Below, piece after piece: positions 39,613-50,598 of a stretch of DNA of 64,000 nucleotides. The stretch's first letter is position 1; each line of letters begins with the position of its first letter. The translations under genes and the position numbers were made by a program. The notes under the pieces were generated by a model. The model saw only the letters and a program-made list of their open reading frames with translations. It was not told the DNA's origin and searched no databases. The DNA is from Nitrospinales bacterium (GTDB lineage: Bacteria > Nitrospinota > Nitrospinia > Nitrospinales > VA-1): the NCBI GenBank assembly GCA_965262115.1, contig OZ253496.1, positions 768,001 to 832,000 on the forward strand, in the 5' to 3' direction.

Positions 39613-40278
39613 TCAGCCTGCACGAAGGGAATCGATCGCCTTTTTATAGTCTTTCGCGTTAAAAACCGCCGACCCGGCGACTAACACACCGGCTCCCGCT
39701 TTCGCGATCTCTCCGGCATTTTCGGGATTGATGCCACCATCGACTTCCAGTGCAATCGTATTTTCGTAATGGCTTATGATTTCGCTCAGGTTCTGGATTT
39801 TATCCAGCATGGATGGAATGAATTTCTGCCCACCAAACCCAGGGTTGACCAACATCAGCAAAACAATGTCGATCTCGTGCAAAATTTCCTCCAGTGAAGA
39901 AAGAGGCGTGGCCGGATTCAGCACAACCCCCGCCATCACATCCTTTTCTTTGATCAATTGAATGGTGCGATTCAAATGCGGGCAGGCTTCAACATGAACG
40001 GTGATGATATCAGAACCTGCGGATATGAAGTCGGCAATATAGTTGTCAGCATTTTCAATCATCAAATGCACATCTAACGGCAATTCGGTCACTTTTCGGA
40101 CAGCCTCCACCACCGCCGGGCCAATAGTGATATTGGGCACAAAATGACCGTCCATCACATCCACATGAATCCAGTCAGCTCCCGCCTGTTCTACTGCTTT
40201 GACTTCATCCCCCAACCGGGCAAAATCCGCGGAGAGGATGGAAGGCGCGATGATTACCCCGTCGTTCTTCTCGGCCAT
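39613..40278 (-). CDS. rpe: Ribulose-phosphate 3-epimerase
   Basis: [38 protein letters not shown]. Confidence 0.97.
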   Translation of the reverse strand: MAEKNDGVIIAPSILSADFARLGDEVKAVEQAGADWIHVDVMDGHFVPNITIGPAVVEAVRKVTELPLDVHLMIENADNYIADFISAGSDIITVHVEACPHLNRTIQLIKEKDVMAGVVLNPATPLSSLEEILHEIDIVLLMLVNPGFGGQKFIPSMLDKIQNLSEIISHYENTIALEVDGGINPENAGEIAKAGAGVLVAGSAVFNAKDYKKAIDSLRAG

Positions 40279-40436
40279 TGGCTCAATCAACCCCCATTTA
40301 GAAAATAAATCGACCCGAAGCATAGCATAAGCTGATAATTCCTTCCATTTTTATAGGCCGTATCTGGCAAACCCTCTGGCACTCAATGGCTTCTTTCATT
40401 ATAATAATGGGCTTTATGTCTACTATTTTTAAGCCC

Positions 40437-42191
40437 ATGCAGACCACACTCGAAAATCTCCGTGCGAAGATCAAGCACCTCTTGATGCAGGACCACAATA
40501 TGCTATTGCTGGCGGCAGTGATCGGATTTTTGGCCGGGTTGGCATCGACCCTATTTCGCTGGCTGATCGGATTTTTCGGAGATGTTTTTTCCTCCGAGGG
40601 GCTGTCATGGATTGTAATAACCGGTTCTACGATTCCTTTCCTGTTGCCGCTCATGCCAATGATAGGCGGAATCATCACCGGTGTTATCTGCCATTTTTTT
40701 CCCGATGCAGTAAAAGAAAATGGCGTGCACCGGGTCATGCATGCGGTCACCTTGAAAGCCGGAAAGATTCGCAAACGCACCTTACTGACCTGTTCTACCA
40801 CCTCGGCTCTCACCATTGGGTCCGGCGGTTCAGCAGGGCGCGAGGGACCTACCGTGCAGATCGGATCGGCAGTGGGTTCGGCCCTAGGAAACTTGTTCCA
40901 TCTTTCTCATGAACGAGTCCAGGTCTTAGTCGGATGTGGTGCGGCGGCGGGAATCGCCGCCTCCTTCAATGCTCCTTTAGCCGGGGTTCTGTTCGCTCTG
41001 GAGATCATTCTCACGGATTTCACCATCCACACGTTCAGTCCCATCGTTGTTGCATCCGTCATTGGTACGGCGACCGGACGGGCTCTGGAGGGCAACGAAA
41101 TTACTTTCCATGTGCCGGTTCATGAACTGGTCAGCTATTCCGAAATTATTTTTTATGTATTTCTGGGGCTCCTTTGCGGAGTGGTTTCAAAATTGTTCAC
41201 TTTCGCCTATTTCAAGGCTCATGATATTTTTGAAAAAAAGATTCAACTTCCGAAACCCTTGAAACCTGCCCTCGGTGGGCTGATCGTTGGATTCATCGCC
41301 ATATTTTTTCCGGCGGTTCTGGGTAACGGCTACGAGTTCATGGAAAAGGCTCTGCACGGGGATATGTTCTGGGGACTGGCTTTCGCGCTGATTTTTTTGA
41401 AAATCATCAGCACTTCCACAACCCTGGGTTCGGGGGGACTGGGAGGAATCTTCGCACCCTCTTTGTTTGTAGGGGCTATGCTGGGCTCTGCCTATGGAAC
41501 CCTGGTGCACGCGATCAATCCCAGCTTCACGGCTTCGCCAGAGACTTATGCTCTGGTGGGAATGGGAGCCGTAGCAGGAGCAGTGATGCAGGCTCCTTTG
41601 ACCAATATTTTGATGCTGTTTGAGTTGACCAACGATTACACCATTATTTTGCCGATCATGATCACCTGCATCGTTTCGACCTATACCTTTCGCGCCTTCG
41701 ATAAAAATTCCATTTATATCCAGAAACTGCTGAAGGAAGGCATTAATATCAAACATGGTCGGGAAGTTTCCATTCTCAACTCCATCAAGGTCAATGATGT
41801 TTTGAGCAAGGATGTCACGACGGTCCCCGAAGGCATGCCGTTCAGAAAAATTATGGAAACCATTTCATATTCTAAGAACTTTTACTTTCCTGTGGTAAAT
41901 GGTCAGGGAGAGATGTCGGGCATTTTGTCGTTCCACATGGTTCGGGAAATGATTTTTGAAAAAGAACTGGGTGATCTGGTGGTCGCCAACGATTTAAAAG
42001 TCGAATCTGTGATGACCCTCACGCCGGAAAACAACCTCAACGAGGCCATGGAAATGTTCGCCAAACTCGATGTAGAACAGCTTCCCGTAGTCCGCCGGGA
42101 TGATCCCAAGCGAGTGATCGGCATGGTCAATCGAGGCGAAGTGGTCGCCGCTTACAACCGCGAAGTGCTGGTCTCCGGATTTGACCGGTAG
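40437..42191 (+). CDS. ClC-family anion channel/antiporter with CBS pair
   Basis: GSAGREGP, FNAPLAG, GGIFAP and C-terminal CBS domains; start uncertain. Confidence 0.93.
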   Translation: MQTTLENLRAKIKHLLMQDHNMLLLAAVIGFLAGLASTLFRWLIGFFGDVFSSEGLSWIVITGSTIPFLLPLMPMIGGIITGVICHFFPDAVKENGVHRVMHAVTLKAGKIRKRTLLTCSTTSALTIGSGGSAGREGPTVQIGSAVGSALGNLFHLSHERVQVLVGCGAAAGIAASFNAPLAGVLFALEIILTDFTIHTFSPIVVASVIGTATGRALEGNEITFHVPVHELVSYSEIIFYVFLGLLCGVVSKLFTFAYFKAHDIFEKKIQLPKPLKPALGGLIVGFIAIFFPAVLGNGYEFMEKALHGDMFWGLAFALIFLKIISTSTTLGSGGLGGIFAPSLFVGAMLGSAYGTLVHAINPSFTASPETYALVGMGAVAGAVMQAPLTNILMLFELTNDYTIILPIMITCIVSTYTFRAFDKNSIYIQKLLKEGINIKHGREVSILNSIKVNDVLSKDVTTVPEGMPFRKIMETISYSKNFYFPVVNGQGEMSGILSFHMVREMIFEKELGDLVVANDLKVESVMTLTPENNLNEAMEMFAKLDVEQLPVVRRDDPKRVIGMVNRGEVVAAYNREVLVSGFDR

Positions 42192-42198
42192 AACCCTG

Positions 42199-43257
42199 AT
42201 GTCTCACTCCCTCACTTCCCGAATTCCCCGAACCTCCCGAACCTCTTTAACTTTTCTTCTCTGTTTATTTATCCTTATCTCCGGTTGCAGCAAGCCTGAA
42301 TCGTTGATCCACCGAAGATCGCAGTTCTTGATGGGAACTCTGATCGAGATTTCCGTTTTTGAAAAAGATGAAAGCATCGTCCAGACTGCCATCCAGAGTG
42401 CTTTCGACGAAATTCAACAGTTGGAAGGATTGATGAGCACCCATATTCCCGGCTCAGAAGTTTCCAAAATCAATCAAGCCGCAGGAATCAAGCCAATACC
42501 CGTATCTCCCGAGGTGTTCGAGGTGATCGACCGGGCTATTTATTGGGCCGAGAAAACAAATGGAGCCTTGGATATAAGTGTAGGCCCGATTCAGGAGCTT
42601 TGGGAGTTCGAGGACGAACACCCTTCTCTGCCTGGCAAGAGAGCTCTTGAGCAGGCACTTTCCCAAGTGGGCTACGGTAAAATCCGGTTAGAAAACCAGA
42701 CAGTATTTTTAACAGAAAAAGGAATGCGTCTTCATCTCGGCGCCATCGCCAAAGGATACGCCGTGGACCGGGCTATAAATATATTGCAGGAAAAAAATAT
42801 TCATCATGCTTTCATCAATGCGGGAGGCGACCTGAAAACCCTCGGCGGCAGACCCGATAAATCGGCCTGGAAAATCGGCCTGCAACATCCCAGAAAACCC
42901 GAGTCGATCCTGGCGTCCTTTTCCCTTTCAGGAAAAGCTGTCGCCACCTCCGGTGACTACCAGAAATATTTTGATCATGAAGGAACTCGCTACCATCACA
43001 TCCTGAACCCAAAAACAGGATATCCGGTCATCGGTCTGATGTCCGCCACGGTCGTTACCGATACCGTGATGGATGCGGATGCTCTTTCCACAGCCCTGTT
43101 CGTCATGGGCGCAAAAAAAGGTTTGGCTTTTATCGACTCCCTGAAAAACACCGAAGGCCTCCTCGTCAATCAGAACAAAGTTCCCCACTTGTCCCAGGGC
43201 ATGGGGGATTTAGGAAATTTCTCCCTTGAAAGTTTCAAAGAGAACCTCAGCCATTAG
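42199..43257 (+). CDS. apbE: FAD:protein FMN transferase lipoprotein
   Basis: Lipobox ISGC, MGT, GAIAKGYAVD, ATSGDY, HHILNPKTG, ADALST. Confidence 0.93.
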   Translation: MSHSLTSRIPRTSRTSLTFLLCLFILISGCSKPESLIHRRSQFLMGTLIEISVFEKDESIVQTAIQSAFDEIQQLEGLMSTHIPGSEVSKINQAAGIKPIPVSPEVFEVIDRAIYWAEKTNGALDISVGPIQELWEFEDEHPSLPGKRALEQALSQVGYGKIRLENQTVFLTEKGMRLHLGAIAKGYAVDRAINILQEKNIHHAFINAGGDLKTLGGRPDKSAWKIGLQHPRKPESILASFSLSGKAVATSGDYQKYFDHEGTRYHHILNPKTGYPVIGLMSATVVTDTVMDADALSTALFVMGAKKGLAFIDSLKNTEGLLVNQNKVPHLSQGMGDLGNFSLESFKENLSH

Positions 43258-43538
43258 ACTATGCCCAATTTCGTTTGGGTGGCAACGGTCGGGAAACAAG
43301 AAGGCGAGCATGGGGTTCGCTTCCATACCCTCTCCATAAGCTTCAAAGTAAGTGACAAACAAGTCGGGAAAGCGGTCGTGAACGAAGGAATGGCATAGGA
43401 TTTATAGTGGAATACCGGCTCAAACCTGGAAAACCTGAGAACCAACTCGACAAACCCGAAAAAGAAAAAGACCACACCTACGGAGAACCAAAAAGACTGA
43501 ACGGTTTTTAATCTTTCTCGTGGGGCCACAAGCCACCC

Positions 43539-46007
43539 CTAAAGTTTGGAAGGAGAAAATCGTTTTAACAAAAGAGAGTTTCCAACTACCGAAACAGAAC
43601 TCAAAGACATGGCTATAGCGGAAAACACAGGTTTCAGGAGGACACCATAAAAAGGATACAAGACCCCCGCCGCTATAGGAATTCCCAGCACATTATAAAA
43701 GAAAGCCCAGAAAAGATTTTGCCGGATTTTCGCCAGGGTTTGTCGGCTCAACTCAATAGCCTGGGGCACAGCCTGAAGGTCGGAGGTGACCAGAGTGACG
43801 TCGGAAGCCTCCATCGCGACATCCGTACCGCTCCCCAAAGCAATGCCAACAGTGGATTCGGCCAATGCAGGAGCGTCATTGATTCCATCGCCCACCATCG
43901 CGACCTTGCGGCCTTCTGCCATCTGTTTTCTAATTTCATCCCGCTTCCCCGAAGGCAGGACTTCCGAGATCACATCATCAATACCCAATTGCCGGGCAAC
44001 TGCCTGTGCGGTTTTCCGGTTATCACCCGTCACCATCATCACTTTCAGGCCCATCTTTTTGAGACGGTGAACGCATTCTTTGGCATGGGGTTTTAATTTA
44101 TCGGTGGTAGTGATGATGCCCTCAATCTTTCCATCAACACTTAATATCATCGGCGTTTTTCCCTGCCCGGACAGCTTTTCCAGTTCATCGCTCATAGAGG
44201 AAAAATCAATTTGTTGTTCCTGCATTAGTTTAATATTGCCCAGGAATACATTTTGACCGTCTATTTTTCCCTGCACCCCGAAACCGGGCAGAGCTTCAAA
44301 ATCGACAACTGTTTCAAATCGGAGGTTGTGCTTTCTCGCTTCAGCAACTACAGCCTGAGCTAAAGGGTGTTCCGATTTTTTTTCCAGAGAACCGGCCAGC
44401 ACCAGCAAATGGTCCGCATCCAATACAGATGTAGGAGACAAAAGCACATCGGCCACTTCTGGTTTGCCACAAGTGAGGGTTCCCGTTTTATCAAACACAA
44501 TCGTATCCAATTTTTCTGCCTGCTCCAAAGCCTCCCCTCCCTTGATCAGGATGCCCATCTCCGCACCCTTTCCGGTTCCGACCATGATCGCTGTAGGAGT
44601 GGCAAGGCCCAATGCGCAGGGACAGGCAATGATCATGACAGAAATTAATACCATCAAGGCAAAGAGAAACGGCGTAGTCGGTAAGGGACCAAATGCATTT
44701 CCAAATCCCCACCAGAATGCGAAAGCCAGAAGAGCCAGGCCAATCACCACCGGCACAAAGATTCCGGCAATTTTATCCACAAGCCTTTGCACAGGTGCTT
44801 TCGATCCTTGCGCTTGTTCCACCAGTTGAATGATCTGTGCCAGCACAGTATCTTTACCCATGCGGGTCACACGCATTTTAAAAAATCCGGTTTTGTTGAG
44901 GCTGGCCCCGATCACTTCATCGCCGGATTTTTTTTCTACCGGAACACTTTCACCCGTCAACATCGACTCATCAATAGAAGATTGTCCCTCAACCAGAATT
45001 CCATCCACAGGAATTTTTTCTCCGGGCCGGACCAGGACCACATCTCCCTGGACCAAATCCTCCACGCTGATTTCAAGCTCCCTACCCTCTCGTTCAACAT
45101 GGGCGGTTTTAGGCTGGAGCCCCATTAATTTCTTGATAGCGGAAGAAGCACTGTGCTTGGCACGCGCTTCCATCCAACGCCCAAGCAGGACAAGAGCGAT
45201 GATCATGACCGAGGTATCGTAATAAACTTCAGAAAATCCCACCAAGCTCGGGAAAAAGGTAACCCAAACGCTGTAAAGATATGCCGCCGAAGTGCCTACG
45301 GCAATCAGCGTGTTCATATCGGCGTAACCATGACGGAACCCGTTGAACGCCCCACGATAAAACTGCCAGCCACCAAAAAACTGCACCGGAGTTGCCAAGA
45401 TGAATAAAGTGATATTCAGCGTATTCGATTCGATATTGAACAACGCACTCATGGAAAGAAACATGACCACCAGGCTGGTCAGTCCACTAAAAATCAGTTT
45501 CAGTTTAAGCTCAGCCAGGTTTTTGAGATAGCGTCCCTCATCCCCTTCCGATGAAACATCTTGAGATTTTTCAGGCAAAAGGCGATAGCCGGCTTCTTCC
45601 AAAGCGGATTGCAAGATTTTAAAATCGACCAGAGCAGGGATGTAATCAACCAGCACCTGTTCGGTCGCCAGGTTCACATCGACTTCATGAACCCCTTCCA
45701 CAGACGCAAGTTTTTTCTCGACCCTTGAGACGCAGGAGGCGCAGGTCATACCTTCTATAGCAAACGTCGTGCTCTGCCGGGGAACTTCAAATCCCAGTTT
45801 TGCGATTGTCTCGGGGAACTGGCTGGCCGATATTTTTTGTGGATCAAACTCAATGGAGGCCGCCTCTGCGGCAAAATTGACATGGACAGAGTCCACTCCT
45901 TCCAGTTCGCCAACCTTCTTTTCGATCCGTGCGGAACAACTGGAGCAACTCATGCCCTTAACCGGCAGGGTTATGTTCTCTTTATTTTTGGATTTAAGAC
46001 CCGTCAT
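43539..46007 (-). CDS. copA: Cu(I)-translocating P1B ATPase
   Basis: Two HMA domains (CSSC, CASC), [24 protein letters not shown]. Confidence 0.95.
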   Translation of the reverse strand: MTGLKSKNKENITLPVKGMSCSSCSARIEKKVGELEGVDSVHVNFAAEAASIEFDPQKISASQFPETIAKLGFEVPRQSTTFAIEGMTCASCVSRVEKKLASVEGVHEVDVNLATEQVLVDYIPALVDFKILQSALEEAGYRLLPEKSQDVSSEGDEGRYLKNLAELKLKLIFSGLTSLVVMFLSMSALFNIESNTLNITLFILATPVQFFGGWQFYRGAFNGFRHGYADMNTLIAVGTSAAYLYSVWVTFFPSLVGFSEVYYDTSVMIIALVLLGRWMEARAKHSASSAIKKLMGLQPKTAHVEREGRELEISVEDLVQGDVVLVRPGEKIPVDGILVEGQSSIDESMLTGESVPVEKKSGDEVIGASLNKTGFFKMRVTRMGKDTVLAQIIQLVEQAQGSKAPVQRLVDKIAGIFVPVVIGLALLAFAFWWGFGNAFGPLPTTPFLFALMVLISVMIIACPCALGLATPTAIMVGTGKGAEMGILIKGGEALEQAEKLDTIVFDKTGTLTCGKPEVADVLLSPTSVLDADHLLVLAGSLEKKSEHPLAQAVVAEARKHNLRFETVVDFEALPGFGVQGKIDGQNVFLGNIKLMQEQQIDFSSMSDELEKLSGQGKTPMILSVDGKIEGIITTTDKLKPHAKECVHRLKKMGLKVMMVTGDNRKTAQAVARQLGIDDVISEVLPSGKRDEIRKQMAEGRKVAMVGDGINDAPALAESTVGIALGSGTDVAMEASDVTLVTSDLQAVPQAIELSRQTLAKIRQNLFWAFFYNVLGIPIAAGVLYPFYGVLLKPVFSAIAMSLSSVSVVGNSLLLKRFSPSKL

Positions 46008-46123
46008 GACGAACCTATATTAATGAATAATACTGTATCAGGATACACACTTTCGAGAACCGAATCTAATAACTATATTTGGAAAATTGGGAAGGTTGCT
46101 TGGTAGAATTAAAGAAAGAGGCC

Positions 46124-46519
46124 CTATTTATTACTAAACAGGGTTTTCAGGGTAACCACTCCATAACCAATAAGCAGGAGGGCGATCAGTCCACTGGAAA
46201 AAGAGTTCTGGCTCATAGCGCTGGTGAACACAAAAACACCCACTGCGCTCAAAATCACACCGAGGACAAAAAAACTAAATGTGCGATAAATCGGGATTTT
46301 GCTTTCCAGAGAATCGCGTTTTTGTTTGAGTTGCCACCGCCAACGAAGGATATAATAGGTCTGGCGAACCCAGTTGAACAATCCACTGTCTTCAATCAGG
46401 CTGGTCTTACAATACATGCAATGGGTGTCCGTATTGCGATTGGGGAACCCGCAATTCAGGCATATTTTGCTGTCCTGGTTTTGATTTAAAATCACAGGTT
46501 CTTTTTCCGGCTTATCCAT
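46124..46519 (-). CDS. Zinc-ribbon membrane protein
   Basis: CLNC...CMYC plus two C-terminal hydrophobic helices. Confidence 0.7.
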   Translation of the reverse strand: MDKPEKEPVILNQNQDSKICLNCGFPNRNTDTHCMYCKTSLIEDSGLFNWVRQTYYILRWRWQLKQKRDSLESKIPIYRTFSFFVLGVILSAVGVFVFTSAMSQNSFSSGLIALLLIGYGVVTLKTLFSNK

Positions 46520-46637
46520 CAAAACTCCCAGGCGAAGAACCTCCGCCGGCCAGCATGACGCTGGACTCAGTTAGCAATAGCTTTTTACCGCTAGCAATCA
46601 TTCTTCATTGGCCCCGCGCCTAGTGGCCCTCTAGCGA

Positions 46638-46766
46638 GAGACCTTTGCGTAAGTCTATAAATCAGAAAAGCGAGATGCTTCGACAAGCTCAGCATGACAA
46701 TAAAAGGCTATTTTGTCATTCTGAGGAGCTATTGCAACGAAGAATCTTGGGTTATGCAAAGGTCTC
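46638..46766. mobile_element. 129-bp MITE with 15-bp TIRs and 9-bp target duplication
   Basis: GAGACCTTTGCGTAA / TTATGCAAAGGTCTC, flanked by CTCTAGCGA at 46629-46637 and 46767-46775. Confidence 0.88.
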
Positions 46767-46768
46767 CT

Positions 46769-47096
46769 CTAGCGAGGGAGGTAACTGGGCAGGGGTTTCT
46801 TTAAGCCGCGAAACCCTTTGCTCACCAAATAAAATTATTACCCCTTCGGGGCACGAAATACCCGTGCCGGGCATGAAGGCAAAGGTAAAATATCACATAC
46901 CCGTGCCGGGCATGAAGGCAAAGGTAAAATATCACATACCCGTGCCGGGCATGAAGGCAAAGGTAAAATATCACATACCCGTGCCGGGCATGAAGGCAAA
47001 GGTAAAATATCACATACCCGTGCCGGGCATGAAGGCGAATGAAGAGGACATCACATCTGAGGAAGAATATCACGTGCTCATTGGCCACACGCTTAG
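46769..47096 (+). mobile_element. Host MITE with a micro-element holding five tandem inner copies
   Basis: Matches 50013-50184 apart from the expanded insert. Confidence 0.85.
46858..47054 (+). repeat. Tandem array: 4 x 39 bp identical plus one 41-bp variant
   Basis: Unit ATACCCGTGCCGGGCATGAAGGCAAAGGTAAAATATCAC at 46858, 46897, 46936, 46975; variant at 47014. Confidence 0.95.
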
Positions 47097-47298
47097 TGGA
47101 TCGGCACATTTCGCCAAAAAGATTAAAAAAATCACGCTTAACGGGTAAGTTTAAATTTTATTACTTATGGAAAGCACTGTCAATCTCCATCGTTGAGAAT
47201 AAATCTATCCCCGCGGAGATCTATTAATCATGATTGAACCGGAAGGCTCAATTGCCTATAATCCAGTTCCCTTTAAAAAAATTAAAAACTCCATGGTA

Positions 47299-48087
47299 AT
47301 GAAACAGATTCTTTTCTTCCTTTTATCGCTTTGTATGGTTTCGCCCGGTTTTGCCGCGCCCTCTTCCGAAGAAATGGCGCTCATTCCGGCTGGAAAATCT
47401 CAGATGGGGAGCCGGAAATCCCTGTTGGAACTCAAACCCCACGATTTATTCAACACTGACCGACACACCCTGGGCCCGGAAAACCCAGCTCATGAGGTTT
47501 ATCTTGATGCGTTCTACATAGATATTTATGAAATGACTCACAAAAAATATAGAAAGTATGTCGACGCTACCGGAGCCAAAAAACCCCAGAGCTGGAAAAA
47601 TCCCAAATTCAACGGTGACCAGCAACCGGTGGTCGGCGTTTCCTGGAAGGAAGCAGTCGCTTATTGCGAATGGAGCGATAAAAGGCTTCCCACAGAAGCT
47701 GAGTGGGAAAAAGCGGGCCGGGGCAAACGACCGGTCAAATACCCCTGGGGGGATTCTCCACCCGATTCAGAAAAACTGAACTATAACGAAGAGAAGATGA
47801 ACACCACCCCGGTGGGTTCCTATGAAAAAGGCAAATCGGATTACGGCATCTATGATCTTTCCGGCAACGCTTCCGAATGGGTTCATGACTGGCATTACCC
47901 GGAGTACTACCTGTTTTCTCCCAAAGAAAATCCGCAGGGTCCGGAAAAAGGACAATATAAAATCATTCGCGGGGGAAACTGGAGAAACAATGCCGATGAT
48001 GTCGACCTGACCTACCGCAATGCAACCACACCCCGCCTGAAGAGTAACGGTGTAGGATTTCGTTGCGCTAAAAACGCATCGGAATAA
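47299..48087 (+). CDS. Secreted FGE-sulfatase (SUMF1-like) domain protein
   Basis: Signal peptide; RLPTEAEWEKA, YPWG, GNASEWV, RGG, GFRCA. Confidence 0.9.
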   Translation: MKQILFFLLSLCMVSPGFAAPSSEEMALIPAGKSQMGSRKSLLELKPHDLFNTDRHTLGPENPAHEVYLDAFYIDIYEMTHKKYRKYVDATGAKKPQSWKNPKFNGDQQPVVGVSWKEAVAYCEWSDKRLPTEAEWEKAGRGKRPVKYPWGDSPPDSEKLNYNEEKMNTTPVGSYEKGKSDYGIYDLSGNASEWVHDWHYPEYYLFSPKENPQGPEKGQYKIIRGGNWRNNADDVDLTYRNATTPRLKSNGVGFRCAKNASE

Positions 48088-48103
48088 AGAGCAAACTTTA
48101 TAA

Positions 48104-49303
48104 TTAAGGGCGTTTGAGCCGGGTGAGAATTCTATCGAGCAGGAGATCGGCAATTTCCCGCTTCGGTTTCAAAGGAAGGTGTTCCATATTTTCCTCACGG
48201 TCAATGATCGTCACCTGATTGGAATCGTACTGAAATCCGATTCCCGGTGCACTGATATCGTTGGCAACAATGAGATCAAGGTTCTTTTTTTTCAATTTGT
48301 GAAAAGCGCTCTCCAGCAGGTTCTGGCTTTCAGCGGCAAAACCCACTATCAGTTTACCTGAGTCACGTTTTGCCACTTCCAGCAAAATATCTGTAGTGGG
48401 AACCAGCTTGAGAACCAAGCATCCATCATCCTGTTTTTTAATCTTTTCCTTTTCCAGTTTTTCTGCGGCAAAGTCACCCACTGCGGCAGACATCACCAGG
48501 ACATCGCAGTTTTCAAGATGCTCCTGAACCAAAGCATTCATCTCATCCGCCCTTTTACAGGGTTTAAAGTCCACATCCAGTGGCGGCTTTAAATGAGTGG
48601 GACCGCTGATGAGAACCACTTCCCCTCCCCGCGCCTTAACCTGCTCGGCCACGGCGTAGCCCATTTTCCCTGAAGATGGATTAGATAGGTATCGCACAGG
48701 ATCTATGGCTTCATAAGTGGGCCCAGCTGTGATGAGAAACCGTATGCCAGTCAGGTCATCACGTTGGTCAAAATAACTCCTGACCTTGTCAAGAATAACG
48801 GTGGTGTCAGCCAAACGACCGGGTCCGACCACCCCGCAAGCGAGTTCTCCGGATTCGGGATCGACAAACTCAACACCTCTGGATTTCAGCAGAGCAATAT
48901 TTTCTTTCACGGCGGGGTGTCCCCACATTCCTTCGTTCATGGCCGGGGCAACCAGCACCGGGCCTTTAAACGCCAGATGCAAACATGACAGGGCATCGTC
49001 GGCAAGGCCATGCGCCATTTTGCCCAGCATGGAGGCGGTAGCCGGAGCCACAACCAGAAGATCCGCCTTCTCTGCAACGCGGATGTGCTCCATCTCCGCA
49101 GAATTTTGCGAATCAAACAACGTGTGATAAACCGGATTTCCGGAAAGCGCCTCAAAAGTCAGCGGGGTCACAAATTGGCCAGCATTGGCACTCATCACCA
49201 CCCTCACCTCGGCTCCTTCTTTCACCAACAGGCGCACTAACTCCACAGCCTTGTAGGCGGCTATACCGGTCGAGACACCCAATACAATCTTTGCGTTTTT
49301 CAT
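48104..49303 (-). CDS. coaBC: Bifunctional PPC decarboxylase / PPC synthetase
   Basis: GIAAYKA, APAMN, LACG..G.GRL, TAGPTYEAIDPVRYLSNPSSGKMG, VGFAAE. Confidence 0.97.
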   Translation of the reverse strand: MKNAKIVLGVSTGIAAYKAVELVRLLVKEGAEVRVVMSANAGQFVTPLTFEALSGNPVYHTLFDSQNSAEMEHIRVAEKADLLVVAPATASMLGKMAHGLADDALSCLHLAFKGPVLVAPAMNEGMWGHPAVKENIALLKSRGVEFVDPESGELACGVVGPGRLADTTVILDKVRSYFDQRDDLTGIRFLITAGPTYEAIDPVRYLSNPSSGKMGYAVAEQVKARGGEVVLISGPTHLKPPLDVDFKPCKRADEMNALVQEHLENCDVLVMSAAVGDFAAEKLEKEKIKKQDDGCLVLKLVPTTDILLEVAKRDSGKLIVGFAAESQNLLESAFHKLKKKNLDLIVANDISAPGIGFQYDSNQVTIIDREENMEHLPLKPKREIADLLLDRILTRLKRP

Positions 49304-49455
49304 AGTCCAATTATAAGTGTTAATTTTGGAGCAAGCAATGTTTTTAGACAGGCTGAGCGATTGACTTTCCACCCTTCATTTCCTAAAGTATCGCCATTAT
49401 TTCCTATAGGAATCCAGCTGCTTTCAACGCTTTCACCGTACCTGGGGCACACGCT

Positions 49456-49971
49456 ATGGAAGAAAAGTTCAGGATAGCTATCCGAGTTCCAGAAGTTTTT
49501 TATGTCCTCAGGCACCATGAATCACGCGAACCCGACAGGTTTGTAGCCGAAGCAGAGTTGATAAAAAAACACCAGTCGGAGGAAGAAAGCGAAGAATCCG
49601 TTTCAGAAGAAGTTCAATTGGGACGTGACCAGATAGATGCAATTTGCAGGACGCTTAAATCAGATTTCACGACCGAGACAAAAAACATAACCTCATTCAA
49701 AAGCTATATTTATAACTTGAAATCAAATGCCCGGGAAGCAGCAATACAGGAGACTAAAAGTTTTCTTCAAGAAATGAGAAATATTGAACAGAACTATAAA
49801 GGCGATAATATATCTAAATTTTTTCTAAATCACTGGGCTCGATACGGAGAGAATTTTTATTTCATTTTAAAAAGCATTGATCTTGCCGGAATCAGGGTGA
49901 CGCGGGACAGCCATCTGCTCAAGCACCTGACTGATGAACAAAAAATCGACATCTATCTCGAATCCTATTGA
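49456..49971 (+). CDS. Hypothetical protein
   Basis: 171-aa ORF with protein-like composition; no motif recognised. Confidence 0.7.
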   Translation: MEEKFRIAIRVPEVFYVLRHHESREPDRFVAEAELIKKHQSEEESEESVSEEVQLGRDQIDAICRTLKSDFTTETKNITSFKSYIYNLKSNAREAAIQETKSFLQEMRNIEQNYKGDNISKFFLNHWARYGENFYFILKSIDLAGIRVTRDSHLLKHLTDEQKIDIYLESY

Positions 49972-50012
49972 AACATCAAAAAAAAATCCACCCAGGGGAG
50001 CTGAGTGGCCCT

Positions 50013-50184
50013 CTAGCGAGGGAGGCAACTGGGCAGGGGCTTCTTTAAGCCGCGAAACCCTTTGCTCGCCAAATAAAGTTATTACCCCTTCGGGGCACGA
50101 AATACCCGTGCCGGGCATGAAGTTTAAGGAAGAGGACATCACAGCTACGGAAGAATATCACGTGCTCATTGGCCCCACGCCTAG
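50013..50184 (+). mobile_element. Host MITE (CTAG-bounded) with two nested micro-elements (50081-50161)
   Basis: CTAG-CGAGGGAGGCAA...TTGGCCCCACGC-CTAG imperfect inverted ends. Confidence 0.85.
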
Positions 50185-50218
50185 TGGCAATCTTAGCGAT
50201 CCCCCCCTACCTCCAAAT

Positions 50219-50316
50219 GAGCAACCCTGCCGCAAGCAGACGGAGCATCCCGGATAAAACTCTGTTTTAAGCGACGTGCCAAGACACAGGGAACAAAACC
50301 CACTTGTGGGGTTCAA
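50219..50316 (+). repeat. Two-hairpin ~95-bp repeat (IS200/IS605-end-like)
   Basis: Homologous to 63665-63765 (reverse) and partly to 58205-58235; ends GTGGGGTTCAA. Confidence 0.7.
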
Positions 50317-50507
50317 TCCGATTTTTTTTCTATTCCCTTGACGATAGAGCGTCCTTTTGGCGCGTGGTTTCTCAAGTGTTCACGCACAAGCATCACTGCA
50401 TGATTGTCATCCATAGCCGTGATGAAGATGCTAAAATCCTCTTCGGAATTATCCTTCTCATTTATTAAAACACCTTTTACTTTAAAACTATAATGTTTGG
50501 GTGGCAT
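50313..50507 (-). CDS. Small hypothetical protein
   Basis: 64-aa ORF MPPKHYSFKVKG...; its stop lies in the repeat end. Confidence 0.6.
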   Translation of the reverse strand: MPPKHYSFKVKGVLINEKDNSEEDFSIFITAMDDNHAVMLVREHLRNHAPKGRSIVKGIEKKSD

Positions 50508-50598
50508 GGTATTCTCAAATCGGTTTAAAACAACATTATATGATATCAACCCTACTTAAAAAACCCGCCGAAATTCTTCGGGGAGCCCGGATAGAAAC

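Noticed and set aside
43254..43529. 91-aa ORF after copA
   Set aside because: Looks like a chimeric gene remnant; no supportable product.
46858..47054. CRISPR array
   Set aside because: Units are identical with no unique spacers, do not resemble an I-F repeat, and occur singly elsewhere.
46645..47148. 167-aa repeat protein (IPVPGMKAKVKYH)n and related ORFs at 10173 and 49934
   Set aside because: Translations of the nested DNA repeats, which also occur in other orientations and contexts.
50102..50142. Group II intron relic (reverse strand starts GTG, ends AY)
   Set aside because: No GTGYG start, no domain V, and far too short.
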